DNA from: Octopus vulgaris
Taxonomy: Eukaryota
NCBI GenBank assembly: GCA_951406725.2
Contig: OX597831.1
Coordinates: 28,644,001 to 28,708,000 of the forward strand
Length of the DNA stretch: 64,000 nucleotides
Direction: 5' to 3'
The translations under genes and the position numbers were made by a program. The notes below the pieces were generated by a model. That model worked only from the letters and a program-made list of their open reading frames with translations, was not told the origin of the DNA and made no database searches. Shown one piece after another: positions 1-13,944 of this stretch; the stretch's first letter is position 1; every line of letters begins with the position of its first letter.

Positions 1-282
1 AATGAGTTGGAACTGACAAGTTCCATTGCGAATTAGCAATTCATTTCATTGTCTCTCCTTAATTACCGATAACTGCAAAAGATGCTTAATTATAACACTG
101 CAAACATGTGTACCAAGGGACAGACTCTTTTATACAAGGTACATAGTGCACAATGAGATATAAAATATCGGGGCACTAAAATAGGGTGGGTTAAAGACAG
201 AAACCTATTAGGGGTCTCACTGGTCCCAGCTGGGACGAATTTTTGTCTATCTCTAACAGTTACTGTGTTTTTAACACAGCAC

Positions 283-612
283 GTCCATACTGGCACTCCG
301 TCAGTTACGACGACGAGGGTTCCAGTTGACCCGATCAACGGAACACTCTGCTCGTGAAATTGACATGCATGTGGCTGAGCATTCCACAGACACGCGTGTC
401 GTTAATGTAATTCTCTAGGAGATTCGGCGTGACACAGAATGTAACAAGGCTGGCCCTTTGAAATACAGGTACTACACATTTTTGCCAGCTGAGTGGACTG
501 GAGAAACGTGAAATAAAGTGTCTTGATCAAGGACACAACACGCCACTGAGAATCGAACTCACAAACTTACCATTGAGAGCTGAATACTTTAAACACTAAC
601 CCACGCATTTTC
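283..612 (-). mobile_element. tRNA-headed SINE, family B head with tail type E
   Basis: Reverse complement matches the copies at 13119-13415 (+) and 27030-27352 (-): head ...tagtg(g/t)tta...gagttcgattc, central gtgtccttgatcaagacactttatttcacg...ccactcagctggcaaaaatg, tail ...gacggagtgcc. Confidence 0.85.
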
Positions 613-617
613 ACATA

Positions 618-1325
618 AGAGATGTTATCTCGGGACAAATACAGCAATAACGGCCTGCCGACACTGTGTATACGTTAAGTATGAGACATTAATAACTATC
701 TTTAAAACTGCCTCATTTGCGTACACGGGATTTTTATTCAGCCGGGCAATTGTTTGCCACATCAGTGAATGCTTTATTCATTTTGTCCTATATCGGAGAG
801 AACGATTTCTCATCCGAGCATGTAACTGACTGCGAGTGTGCACCATTGAAAATGTCCAAGACCGATGAAATGCACCTGGTACACCAGCTGAACGCTGCTG
901 GGACAAATCTTCGTCTCTCTCTGACAATTTTTGTTAACGCAACACATAATTTAATAGGTCTATCGCAGGAAATGTCTGCAATAACTGGCCACTCAACACT
1001 GTGTATTCATTAAGTATGATCCAATGATAGCTATCTTAATTAAATACTGCATCAATTATGCATACCGGTATCTTAATCAACCGAGCGGCTATTTGCAACG
1101 TCAGTGTATCCTTTTTCTTACATCAGAGACAACCATTTCTCGTCTGGGTAAGTGGTTGGCTGCGAGCGCGCACCATTGAAGGTCACAACAAGGCTGAAAT
1201 GCATCTGGCGCTCTCGCTGACGGCCGCTGAGACGAACTTATGTTTCTCTCCTTAAGAGAAATTATCTCAGAACAAACACAGCCGTAACCAGCCTATCGAT
1301 AATCAGTATATTAAGTATGATACAT
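618..1325. repeat. Old diverged tandem duplication, ~300-340 bp unit, about 2.2 copies
   Basis: acactgtgtat..ttaagtatga recurs at ~661 and ~996 with a third ttaagtatga at ~1311; ctgcgag.g.gcaccattgaa and tgaaatgca.ctgg recur at ~830/1160 and ~866/1195. Confidence 0.75.
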
Positions 1326-1419
1326 AGGTGGCTAAATAAATATAAGTAGAGTGCTGTTTCTTTATTGCCGGTTTGGGAAGGAAAGGTGAGCAAATCCTTA
1401 TCAATTGTTAAGTGAGAAG

Positions 1420-1800
1420 GATTTCTGATTTCGGTTGAAGACCAGCAGTTTTAAAGGAAGAAGATTTGTAAATACTATTGATCACAGTATTTGACTAGCA
1501 CTTTATTTTATTGATCCTGGGAGGATGAAAAGCAAAGTAGACCCGACAGGATTTGAACTCAGAATGTAAAGAGAAAAACGCCCCGCAATGCATTCTCTCA
1601 GACGCTCTAACGATTCTACCAAATTGCGGCGTTAAGGAGTACTTCTTTCTAACTTTGACAAAAAGCCAGCGGTTTTGAGGGGAGGGGTCAAGTTGTTGCC
1701 ATCAATCTCAATACCTGCCTTGTGCTTAATTTTATTGACCTCGAAATGAGGAAAGGCGAAGTTAGCCCCGATGGGATTTGAGCTCTGAATGTTGTAAAAG
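1420..1800 (-). mobile_element. Two diverged family C SINE fragments
   Basis: ggatgaaaagcaaagtagacc..ggatttgaactcagaatgtaaag (1522-1571) and gaaaggcgaagttagccccgatgggatttgagctctgaatg (1751-1791) match the family C reverse strand. Confidence 0.7.
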
Positions 1801-2029
1801 AAAGAAAATATCTGCATATATTCGCTTCCTCACATGATGGGTTCTGATTTTTCCACAGACTGACTTGCAGAAAGTCCCGTAGAGTGAGCCATGATACAAT
1901 TTGGGTATTTTTAATTACTAGCAATGCCACTTACATATCTGTTACATATACGACCGCAATCTAGCTGTTTAGCTCATATATTTGTCACACATTCGCTAAC
2001 AATCTAACAACTGAGTTTATAAAACTGTT

Positions 2030-2592
2030 GCATGTGTAACAGGAAAATTTAACAATTGCAAAACTTAGAAATCGAACCCGGATACCAATATTCGAGGCAA
2101 AAGAAAACAAAAACAAAAAAACAGCAACTCAAGAAATCGATCATGATTCGTTAACATATTTCCAACGTCATCAAAACAACCCAACCATTCAAGACTGTGT
2201 GGAACCGGATCTAACAACAATTTCGTATTTGGGGTGCGTTTATCGAACCAAGACCATTACTATATATTCAGCGCTTTTTAGCCACTGAGAACAGACAACG
2301 GGCGGCAGACATCGGACCGGACACAGGTGACAGCAACCAGCAGACAATAGAACTTGCAGCAGGCCAGAGTGCTGTTACAACACGAAGACAATCGACAGCG
2401 GGGGCGGCAACACGCCATGAACAGCTAACATCGAGAAAGTCTTGAACGCAAATTCAATAATACCTAGTCCAAGAACAATAAGCTTCGCTCTATCTCGGTG
2501 TTTGTTGTTGGTAGCTACATCTTTATTTACGATAAAAATAAATATATTTTATTAAGAATTTCAAACAGATTTCTATTTTCTATATCGTAACA
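2030..2592 (+). mobile_element. Possible solo LTR-like insertion
   Basis: GC-richer block ending aataaa...tatatcgtaaca that interrupts a degenerate ~40-bp repeat (catatctgt.acatata at 1934 and 2625); no clean TSD found. Confidence 0.25.
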
Positions 2593-2916
2593 CATATATG
2601 ACACCAATTTAGCAATTTAACCCACATATCTGTCATATATATATACGATATATAAGACTATTCAGCTCCCACAGCAGTCTTATGTTCGATAGTAATCCAG
2701 CGATGTTGCTCACTTATCGATCAGATACGCAACAACAAATCCGTCTTACTTCACGTCCCCAGCCTTATAGCAATCTTTAAAGCCCAATAGCAATAAAACC
2801 CACTTTATGACTAAGCTACGACAGCTTAATTCAAGGTACACCCGCCATATATCTTTCGCTTTATTTTCTTTCGCTTTTTCTCGATTTTTGTACAAAACTA
2901 AAGCAACTTTCGCATG

Positions 2917-3500
2917 GGTGCCGGCGTGGCTGTGTGCTATGAAGTTTGCTTCCCAGCCACATGGTTGCGGTTTCAGTCCTACTTGGATAATGATACCTTG
3001 GGTAAGCATCGGATGTACCAAGACTTGTGAGTAGATTTGGTTGACAGAAAGTGAAAGAAGCCCGTCGTAGATATATTTGTGTTTGTTCTTGTATGTGTGT
3101 TTGTGTGTGTGTGTTTTTGCTTGTAAGTGCGTCTGCTTGTGTGTGTACATGTGTGTGCTTGTGTGTGCGTGCGGGTGTCTGTTTGTTTGTATTTGTCTTT
3201 GTGTGCTTGTTTTTGTTTGTTTGTGTGCTTGTGTGTTTGTGTGTGTGATTGCGGGTGTGTGTTTGTTTGTGAGTGTGTCTGTAAGTTTGTGTGTGTTTTA
3301 TTACGTATGTGTGAGTGTGTTTGTTCCCCACCTTCGCTCAATAATCAGTGTTGTTTACAAAAAAAGCCTTTAAAACAAGCACCAGGTTTTAAAAAATGAG
3401 TCCTGTGGGGGCGGGGTCGACTCGTTCGACTAAAAGTCTACAAAGTGGTGCGCCAGCATGGCTGCAGTCTAATGATTGAAACACGTAAGAGCATAAAAGC
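2917..3500 (+). mobile_element. Diverged family A SINE with expanded internal TG-rich microsatellite
   Basis: Head gcgtggctgtgtg..ccacatggttgcggtttcagtcc, centre gaaagaagcccgtcgta, tail ggtgcgccagcatggctgcagtc. Confidence 0.75.
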
Positions 3501-3902
3501 ATGTTACACGAACACTGATACGCGAATGAAACCACAGCTTTCGGTCACATGCTGTTTGCAGCTTTTGCCTCTGCCTGAAGCCATTTTGCAACCTTCAAAG
3601 TAACTACAACCACACGACAGTTCTGCAGCAAACACATTGATAGTTAGACATGCTTCGTTATTTATTGCAACAAAATTAGAATCTTTACAGCGAAAGAAAC
3701 TTCATTTTCTGATGGTCTCAATACAAGACACGTACTGATACCTAAAGCAGTAAATTACTTCCGCAGCTTTCCATAATAACCGTGTCTATTTTATTTCCTT
3801 TTACGTGACGCTTTAAAAAGCAGAACTGTCATTCACGTTCTCCAATCATTTAACGAACATTGATATTAGTTTATACGATAACAACTACAGGTTTAGAATA
3901 GA

Positions 3903-4142
3903 AGGACTGCTACTTTATAAAGCAGAAGGGATGCTGGTTTTGCTGATTTATATAGCAGGTGAATTGCTGGTTTATATAACAGATGGGCTGATTATTTATA
4001 TATCATATGAACTGCTGATTTATATAACATGTGAAGAGGTGGTTTATATTATTAACTGTTGTTGTGTATATGAGCTACTGGTTTATATAACGTACGAATT
4101 ATTGGCTTATATAACACAGGGTCTGATCATATGTATAACACA
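3903..4142. repeat. Degenerate ~24-bp minisatellite
   Basis: Recurrent gaa.tgctggtttatataac-like unit; the ORF 3931..4146 shows the matching 8-aa periodicity (ELLVYIT). Confidence 0.75.
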
Positions 4143-4214
4143 CTAACGCGTTGGTTTCGTAGTATTTAGAACTATTAATGCTATAATTATGTCACTTCTA
4201 GAGAACGAATATAT

Positions 4215-4477
4215 GTGGACGCGCGTGGGTTAGTGGTTAGGGTGTCAGCATCATGATCGTAAGATTGTGGTTTCGATTCCTGGACCGGGCGACGCGTTGT
4301 GTTCTTGAGCAAAACACTTCATTTCACATTGCTCCAGTCCACTCAGCTGGCAAAAATGAGTAAAGCTGCGATGGAGTGGCGTCCCGTCCAGCTGGGGAAC
4401 ACATACGCCATTGAAACTGAGAAACCGGGCCCATGAGCTTGGCTAGGTTTTAAAAGGGCGCATCTATCTTTTTTTAT
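4215..4477 (+). mobile_element. tRNA-headed SINE, family B head with family D tail, flanked by a 13-bp TSD
   Basis: A box tagtggttagg, B box ggtttcgattcc; direct repeat agaacgaatatat at 4202-4214 and 4478-4490. Confidence 0.9.
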
Positions 4478-5060
4478 AGAACGAATATATAGCTTTAAAC
4501 TACAGATGGAAAGAAAAAGTAGAAATAAACTCTTGCATATATGAAAATATAATTAATTTATATCTTCTCTGTGCATCCATCTATAACGGTTTCTTTACTC
4601 CAATATTTCTCTCGGCTTTATATTCAGAATTCAAATTCCGCCGGAATTCCCTTTGCCTTTTATTTTTTCGATGGCGAGGAAAGAGGAACCAGTTGAGCAC
4701 CGGGGACAATGTTACCGACTAGACCACCTATCCCAACCTCCACAAAGTTTCAGGTCTTGGGCCAATAGTAGAAAGAGTTATTTGAAGATATTGCTACTTG
4801 GATTAGCGAGGAGACGGTGGTTTAACTGACTTTAGAAGCGATGATGCCGACAGATTTCAACGCTTTGATAAAATTTAAACACTGTATTATGTTTTGATTT
4901 TTGCTTATAATATACTACTCTGCTAGTTTGTTGCATTATATATAAGTTACTGATTCTATTGTCATTTGTAACGTTTTACAGCTGTTGGTATATTTGCGCT
5001 GTAAATCACTGTATTTCATGTCTGATATACTTGCATTATGTACAATGTACATTTTGTACA

Positions 5061-5468
5061 TAGGCGCAGGAGTGGCTGTGCGGTAAGTAGCTTGCTTATC
5101 AACCACATGGTTCCGGGTTCAGTCCCACAGCGTGGCACCTTGGGCAAGTGTCTTCTACTATAGCCTCGGGCTGACCAATGACTTGCGAGTGGATTCGGTA
5201 GACGGAAACTGAAAGAAGCTCGTCGTATATATGTATATATATATATGTGTGTGTATATTTGTGTGTCTGTGTTTTTCCCCCCCCCAACGCCGCTTGACAA
5301 CCGATGCTGGTGTGTTTACGTCCATGTAACTTAGCGGTTCGGCAAAAGAGACCGATGAAATAAGAACTAGGCTTACAATGAATAAGTCTTGGGGTCGATT
5401 TCCTCGACTAAAGGCGGTGCTCTAGCATGGCCGCAGTCAAATGACTGAAACAAGTAAAAGAGTAAAGA
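5061..5468 (+). mobile_element. Family A SINE, full length
   Basis: taggcgcaggagtggctgtg head, B box gggttcagtccc, internal (TA)n(TG)n, tail gcatggccgcagtcaaatgactgaaacaagtaaaagag; highly similar to the copies at 24366, 42978 and 49864. Confidence 0.92.
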
Positions 5469-5693
5469 TACACGTAAACAAGTTGCTGGAAAATGTTTAC
5501 TGTTACAGCTAAGATATATTTTTGGTTTTCTCATGTCGTATTTTATGAGGACTTTCATGGAAATCTTCACTGTCAATGACTCTCTCTATTTTGTACTAAT
5601 AACGGATGTATCAATATTTTCATTTGTAACTTTATACAGTATTTTTCTGCTGCAACTGAGCTGCTTTTTTCTCTCTCTCTCTCTCTCATTGTT

Positions 5694-5724
<31 letters not shown>

Positions 5725-6203
5725 CTTTTCTTTTTATCTCAGGTTTTGTTGTAACTCCTATAGTCTTGCATGCGTAACGGGCTTGTTGCCTGCAGCTTAC
5801 GGTACCATGCTATATTTTCTTATCAACTCTCTAGTACTTACCTGATTATTCTGACCGTGTCAAGGAGGTAAACCTCTATCATCGTCATCATCATCATCAT
5901 CATCATTATTCAGCAGTCTTATTTTCATCACGTGCTTTCACTGCACTACCGAGCGCAGCTCTGTGTGCCTTGGGTATGTGCTGTAGTTTGTTGTGGTGCT
6001 CTTATTTTCAATGTATTGAAAGTGTTTTACGTAGGATGTATGCGGTGACTAATAGTACAATTTTCTGTATGTTATATTTATATTTGTAAGACGTGTATAC
6101 TTAATTTTTTTATCATTTCATTCTTATATGTAACCACCCCCACTCTTTATATCTGTATTTGTATTGTCCCCCTCATCCTTCAGCCTTGTGGCAAATAAAT
6201 AAA

Positions 6204-6280
<77 letters not shown>

Positions 6281-6292
6281 CATTATTACTAG

Positions 6293-6513
6293 TTAAGGCG
6301 GCGAATTGACAGAATCGTTAGCATGTCGGGCAGGCGAAATGGTTAGCAGTATTACGTCTGCTGTTACGTTCTGAGTTCAAATTCCACCGAGGTCGACTTT
6401 GCCTTTTCATCCTTTCAGGGTCGATAAATTAAATACCAGTGGAACAGTGGGGTCGATGTAATCGACTAGTCCCCTCCCCCAAAATTCCGGATCTTGTGCC
6501 TATAGTAGGAAGG

Positions 6514-6520
<7 letters not shown>
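6293..6520 (+). mobile_element. Family C SINE (central domain resembles the MetaSINE domain) with (ATT)n tail
   Basis: aaggcggcga head, ctgagttcaaattcc B box, gaggtcgactttgccttttcatcctttcagggtcgataaattaaataccag centre, cttgtgcctatagtaggaaggattattatt tail. Confidence 0.85.
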
Positions 6521-6545
<25 letters not shown>

Positions 6546-6847
6546 CATTATTATCATTATTATTATTTTCTCCGCATGTTTTACCCAAGATGTTCCTGTT
6601 ATGCTGTAATCCATTATTCAATAAATACAGAATGGTTAAATATAATAAACGGGTGTTACTGAACAATGAGCCTCAACCGTCATGAAATACAGTAGATGAA
6701 TTGATTTATTCAGTTCAGTCCCACTTTATCCTTCAACCATTTGGAGTTCCATAAAATAAATACAAATTGTCTACTAATGTCGATTAATAAGTTTACTGTT
6801 ACCACTTTCTTGCTCTCACATTTATGTTACTTATATAGAAAATATGA

Positions 6848-7075
6848 CGGGGCGTGGCCTTGTGGTTAAGGTGTTGCACTATCGATTGCTAGATCGTAGG
6901 TTCAATTCCTGGACCGAGCATGTGCTGAGTTCTTGTGCAAAACACTTCACTTTTCGTTGCTCCATTCACCTGTAAATGGGTAATCCTGCGACAGATTAGC
7001 GTTTCGAACAGAGGGAATGCTTGCCTGCATGCCTAACCATCCGATAGTCTGGTCGATCAAATGATCACGTGATAT
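6848..7075 (+). mobile_element. Family B SINE, diverged, ending in tail H
   Basis: ggcgtggccttgtggttaagg...ggttcaattcc head; ends tctggtcgatcaaatgatcacgtgatata like the end of the 36752 copy. Confidence 0.7.
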
Positions 7076-8059
7076 AGAAAACAATTTTTAAAAAACCTCA
7101 CGACTTTAGTTTCATGCCAGCGCGATGTTCACTCGAGAACTGTTGGTCTTTCTACATGTACCCATTGTACTCACAATGCAATAGGTTCTTTTTTTTCCTT
7201 CTTTAGCCGCTGTCTTAGAATGTTTTTGAAATATTATTTTGCTATTTGTTCTGTTGTTTTTTTGGGTCGTTGTCTGTATGTCGTTCAAGTTGGCTAGTCG
7301 TCGATATTATTTTGTTCTATTTATTTTAGGACGTGACTAAGATTTCCGTCGAATATTTTACCCAACCGATGAAAGTATTATATATTCATTAATCAGTTGT
7401 TCCATTCTTTATTTTCATGCGGCTTTGAATTTTATCGTATATTGGGATGCAATCGCTGTTTTACTTCTGATAACCTAATGTTTTCGGTCACAGTTGATTT
7501 GTTTTATATTCTGTGTATTTGTTTATTCTTGCTTAAAATCGAATTTATCTTCTTCATTTCTGATTTTATTTTGCAATGGTTCGTTGGTTACTAGTGACAG
7601 TATCACCGATGTCCTCTTCACGTCGCCTGATTTCAGCTCTCATTTATTCTGTCTAGCTTTTTTGCAAACTGTTTTCCTTTTGCTTTTTTTTTTCCATTTC
7701 TTATAGTTCATTGGTTATTATTTACGGTGCAGAGGTCTTGTATCCTGCGATTGGTGAGATATGCTCTCAGGTTGTGAAATTATTTCTCTGTATGTTTGTG
7801 CACACACACACACACACACACATACACACGCACACACGCGCAAGAATTGCCATACTGCCACGCATACACGCGACCAAACAGTTACACACATATTTAACCT
7901 TGCGCATGCTTATGTGTCCATGGAAGCATACATGAGCATGTATTCAAATGTGAAGGCTGGCGATGAGGAAATAAAGGAAGAAACAGAAAGAGAATATTAA
8001 GGACCATATTTTCCCTCATCATCTTCTTCTAATTATGCTAATTCTGTTTCGTCTATGTT

Positions 8060-8176
8060 GTTCCGGGTTAAGTCCCACTGCGTGGCACCTTGACCAAATG
8101 TGTCTTGTATTATAGCCTCGGGCCGACCAAAGCCTTGTGAGTGGATTTGGTAGACGGAAACTGAAAGATGTCCGTC

Positions 8177-8234
<58 letters not shown>

Positions 8235-8442
8235 ATACGTTTGTGTGTCTGTGTTTGTCCGCCCAACATCGCTTGACAACCGGATGCTGGTGTGCTTACG
8301 TCCCCATTATCTAGCGGTTCGGTAAAAGACACCGATAAAATAAGTATGAGGCTTACAAAGAATAAGTCATGGGGTTGATTTGTTCGACTAAAGGCGCTGC
8401 TCCAGCACGGCCGCAGTCAAATGACTGAATCAAGTAAAAGAA
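8060..8442 (+). mobile_element. Family A SINE, 5'-truncated
   Basis: Matches family A from gttccggg.tagtcccactgcgtggcacc to the caagtaaaag tail. Confidence 0.88.
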
Positions 8443-8478
<36 letters not shown>

Positions 8479-8504
8479 TGTATGTATGTATGTATGTATG
8501 TATA

Positions 8505-8790
8505 CGAAATAGCCTAGTGATTAGGGTATTGTACTCACGATCGCTAGACCGTGGTTTCAAATCCTAGACCGGGTGGTGTGTAGTGTTCGTGAGCAAAACA
8601 CTTCATCTCATTTTGCTTTGCAATCGTTTCGGCACCTGACGCGTGGTAGACCATGCACCTGTCCAAGCAGCATCGATTTGATGGAGGGATGGTGGGAGAG
8701 AGGGAGAGAGGGAGATGATGTAGAGCGCATGCGTCTGATCTCTATAGACAAATCAATTGTGCAGGTCGCTCGGCAAAAGCTAAACGATTC
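8505..8790 (+). mobile_element. Family B SINE with tail type F
   Basis: gcctagtgattaggg head; tail cacctgacgcgtgg..tgcacctg shared with 28880-29150. Confidence 0.7.
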
Positions 8791-9030
8791 ATATGTCATA
8801 TGTATATATCTATGTGGGGCGGGGGGAGGCGTGTATGTACGTGAGTGTTTGTGTCTGTGTGTGTGTGTTTTTATGTGTGTGTGTTTATATGTGTGTGTGT
8901 GTGTTTATGTGTGTGTGTGTTTATATGTGTGTGTTTGTATATATGAGTAATCCTTTCTCTGTCTGTCTGTCTCTGTCTCTCTCTCTCCACACACTGTGTC
9001 CATATGTGTGGGTACATGAGTGTTTGTGTG

Positions 9031-9072
<42 letters not shown>

Positions 9073-9490
9073 CTTACACATATATACAAATATATATATT
9101 TATCTCTTTTACATGAAGTATTAAGTACTTCATTTAATATGCGAAATTTCTTCCCTACGTGCTGAGACAACTTTCACTTCTATCCGGCATATATCGTATT
9201 TTTAAACAGAGCATATCCATAAGATATATGTTTATCTTTGGACGCAGTAACTATTTATAATATGTATGTTACATGGAAGGCTGCGCGTGTGTGTGTGTCT
9301 GTGTGCTTGTGTGCACGTTTTTGGTTGCACATGCAACATATATATACACACACACACACACACATATACAGATGTATGTATATATGCTCATGCAGATATA
9401 TATTATATATATCACATATATACATATATATATTTACACAAACACACTTTACAATATACAAGTATATATATATATATATATATATATAGT

Positions 9491-9725
9491 CTTTACTCTT
9501 TTTACTCTTTTACTTGTTTCAGTCATTTGACTGCGACTATGCTGGAGCACCGCCTTTAGTCGAACAAATCAACCCCATGACTAATTCTTTGTAAGCCTAG
9601 TAATTATTCTACCGGTCTCTTTTGCCGAACTGCTACAATACAAGGATGTAAACACACCAGCATCTGTTGTCAAGTGATGTTCGGGGAACAAACACAGACA
9701 CACAAACATATACACACACATATAC

Positions 9726-9819
<94 letters not shown>

Positions 9820-10171
9820 GGCATAATTAAATCTCAGAATGAGATTGAAACAGTAATCGCTCGATAATGTAAAGTATAGAAGCCATCTTATCATGGCTAA
9901 CTATATTGGGGAGGGGTGTTACTGTAGCTACAGTAACACCTCCTCCCCAATGTTGTTAGCCATGATAAGATGGCTTCTATACTTTACATTATATATATAT
10001 AATTATATACATATATACGACGGGCTTCTTTCAGTTTCCGTCTAAAAATCCACTCACAAGGCCCGAGACTATAGTAGAAGACACTTGCCTAAGGTGCCAC
10101 GCAGTGGAACTGAACCCTGAACCATGTGGTTCGTAAGCAAGCTACTTACTACACAGCCACTCCCGCGCCTA
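9491..10171 (-). mobile_element. Family A SINE with a fold-back element inserted in its internal microsatellite
   Basis: Tail rc ctcttttacttgtttcagtc at ~9506, head rc cagccactcccgcgccta at 10154-10171; non-SINE DNA at 9820-9992. Confidence 0.88.
9864..9992. repeat. Near-perfect palindrome, ~64-bp arms, no loop
   Basis: ataatgtaaagtatagaagccatcttatcatggctaac...gtgttactgtag|ctacagtaacac...gttagccatgataagatggcttctatactttacattat. Confidence 0.95.
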
Positions 10172-10792
10172 TGTGATGATCTATTTTTTATCTATTTTTA
10201 TCAAACATCTTTGTCCATATTTTCGCATGAACTTTGTTATGTGTTGTTTCTCAGAGGGAGAATGTCTAAATCAATGATGAAATGTTTCTGGAGCTCAGAG
10301 AAAATAGGAAAAAACAGAAGAGGAATCAACATAAGAGCAAAACATATGTGTTTTTAAATACATATCTGAAAGATAACCTGTGCCTCAACACAACAAACAC
10401 AGATACATATATAGACGTATGTGAATGTGTTAGTGTGTGTATGTGTGTGTGTAGGAGTGTATGTTTGTATCTTATGTTAGTGTGTGTGTGTAAGTGTGTT
10501 TGTGTGGATGTATGTGTGTGTGTGTATACACCAGCCTAATGCATCTACATCACCTGCTGTTCTACGTCAGCCATGATGTGTTGCTGCTCGTTTGTAAACA
10601 TCGAGGAAATCTTTCAACAAAAGCAAAACATCTAAATACACAGACGGACACAAGCACATACACACGCACACGCACATATACACACTCACACACACACACG
10701 CACACACACATACACGGAGGCGCGTGCACGCACACATATGCTCACACAAACACATATACACATACACAGATGCGTGTATATATATATATGTG

Positions 10793-10829
<37 letters not shown>

Positions 10830-11043
10830 GTAAATACATGCATACCTATGTGCACATGTACACGTATAAAAACACTCATATACATATAGGGTGGCGTAAA
10901 TATACATACGTATACATATATATATACGAGAAGAAAATGGATATAACAATGGGAAACCTGTGGTTTACGCTGGTATGTCTTTAATTAAATAGGTAACAAA
11001 GAAGGAAGAAGCAGAGATGAGGGCAGGACAAATTATGTATGTT

Positions 11044-11136
<93 letters not shown>

Positions 11137-11140
11137 TATA

Positions 11141-11232
<92 letters not shown>

Positions 11233-11239
11233 TAGATAT

Positions 11240-11320
<81 letters not shown>

Positions 11321-11808
11321 TTGTTTAAGAGATATTATTAACATTTGTTTCAAAATCTCTTAAAAGGCGAATATTCACAACGAATTGTTTTCGGAACCTC
11401 CAACGTAAGTCACCCAGTTTAATAGATTCTCATTTACACCAATAATTACTGTACCAGTTGCTTATATTAGCAAATGCCAACGTGTCAGTATGAAAAATCT
11501 GAGGGGGCTTAGGCCTAAAAGAGACCAACGAACAATGGCGTCTTTACAAAAATACTGGAAGTGCAACACCAAAAGTATGCAGGACCTATTTGTAAAGTTC
11601 AGCTTGAAACAGATTGCTTCTGTTATCGAAATTCCGGTTATGGAGCCTCTGTTTCTTTTGTTAGAAACCAGTTTGTTGTCTTTTTTTTCGGGGAAGAATT
11701 CGAATAACAGTAAAGAGATAACTATTCATTTGTAAACAATATACACGATGTACATAAACAAGGATATCTACGTAAAAATGCACACACGGTGTAGGAGTGG
11801 ATGTGTGT

Positions 11809-12369
11809 AAGCGTGGGAGTGGCTGTATGGTAATTAGCTTACTTACCAACCATATGGTTCCGGGTTCAGTCCCACTGCGTGGCACCTTAGGCAAGTGTCT
11901 TCTACTATAGCCTCGGGCCGACCAATGCCTTATGAGTGGATTTGGTAGACGGTAGCTGAAAACAAAGCCCGTCGTATATATATCTGTATATGTATGTATA
12001 TGTTTGTGTGTCTGTGTTTGTCCCCTTAGCATTGCTTGACAAGCGATGCTGGTATGTTTACGTCCCCGTAACTTAGCGGTTCGGCAAAAGAGGCCGATAG
12101 AATAAGTACTAGGCTTACAGAGAATAAGTCCTGGGGTCGATTGGTAGATATATAAGCGCAGGAGTGGCAGTCAAATAGATTAGTAGGTAAGTAGGTAGCT
12201 AGGTAGGTAGGCTGTGTTGTAAGTAGCTTGCTAACCAACCACATGTTTCCGGGTTCAGTTCCACTACGTGGCATCTTGGGCAAGTGTCTTCTGCTATAGC
12301 CCCGGGCCGACCAATGCCTTGTGAGTGGATTTGGTAGACGGAAACTGAAAGAAGCCTGTCGTATATATG

Positions 12370-12410
<41 letters not shown>

Positions 12411-12625
12411 TTGTGTGTCTGTCTTTGTCCCCCTAGCATTGCTTGACAACCGATGCTGGTGTGTTTACGTCCCCGTCACTTAGCGGTTCGGCAAAAGAGA
12501 CCGATAGAATAAGTACTGGGCTTACAAAGAATAAGTACCGGGGTCGATTTGCTCGACTAAAGGCGGTGCTCCAGCATGGCCGCAGTCAAATGACTGAGAC
12601 AAGTAAAAGAGTAAAGAGTAAAGAG
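11809..12625 (+). mobile_element. Two head-to-tail family A SINEs (first 3'-truncated at ~12141, second 12155-12625)
   Basis: Two consecutive runs of the family A consensus; only the second ends in (gtaaaaga)n. Confidence 0.88.
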
Positions 12626-12672
12626 TACATGTACACACACGCATACACAAACAGAAACATACATAGAAAGAC

Positions 12673-12778
<106 letters not shown>

Positions 12779-13118
12779 ATACAAACAAATCTTTTAGCAT
12801 ATGTGTAAATATATGTATATTCATACGTTTTATATGCATAAATAAGTATATATGTATGCATGAATGTATTTATGTATGTATGTATGTATGTATGTATGTA
12901 TATATGTATGTATGCATGCATGTATTTATGTATGTATGTATGTATGTATATATGTATGTATGTATGTATGTATGCATGCATGTATGTATGTATGTATGTA
13001 TGTATGTATGTATGCATGCATGCATGTATGTATGTATGTATGTATGTATGTATGTATGTATGTATGTATGTATGTATGTATGCATGTATCTATGAATGTA
13101 TGTATGAATGTATGTGTA

Positions 13119-13415
13119 AAGGCGCATGGCTTAGTGGTTAGGGGCATTCGGCTCATGATCGTAAGGTCGTGAGTTCAATTCCCGGTGACACGTTGTGTCC
13201 TTGATCAAGACACTTTATTTCACGTTGCTCCAGTCCACTCAGCTAACAAAAATGAGTAGTACCTGTATTTCAAAGGGCCAGCCTTGTCACACTCTGTGTC
13301 ACCCTAAATCTCCCCGAGAACTACGTTAAGAGTACACGTGTTTGTTGAGTGCTCAGCCACTTGCACGTTAATTTCAGTTGGGACACTCGTCGTCGTAATT
13401 GACGGAGTACTCCAT
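13119..13415 (+). mobile_element. Family B SINE with tail type E
   Basis: ggcgcatggcttagtggttaggg A box, gagttcaattccc B box, gtgtccttgatcaagacactt centre. Confidence 0.88.
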
Positions 13416-13424
13416 TATATATAT

Positions 13425-13476
<52 letters not shown>

Positions 13477-13503
13477 CATATATATATATATATATACATA
13501 TAT

Positions 13504-13548
<45 letters not shown>

Positions 13549-13585
13549 ATTTATATATATTCCCATGTGTACGACATGTAGTATG

Positions 13586-13644
<59 letters not shown>

Positions 13645-13944
13645 CTTTATATATATTCCCATGTGCATGAACGAATATATAAATATATGTTTATGTATGT
13701 GTAACTATGTATTTATCAAACGCGTTCCGCAATGTGTAGCAGTGTCTTCCAAAATTAAAGCTAAACTACAAATACTAACTAATTATTAAAACTCAATAAT
13801 TTCCAATTATAAAAGCATGCTAATTTAACGTAATTGGTTATTTAATTTTGTAAATGGCTGATATTTTCATGTTGAAGAAGTTCAATATTCGCTGACCTTC
13901 AGTTCAAGATATTCATTATCTAATAGTGTAATTACAATGATTCT

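Noticed and set aside
4215-4290. SINE heads (also 13119, 16668, 18520, 35413, 36752, 62947) as tRNA genes
   Set aside because: A and B boxes are present but acceptor stems do not close, and each continues into a shared SINE body, often with a TSD.
5016-5300. Recurrent peptide RRHLPKVPRSGTEPGTMWLVSKLLTTQP in many ORFs
   Set aside because: It is the antisense translation of the family A SINE head, not a protein family.
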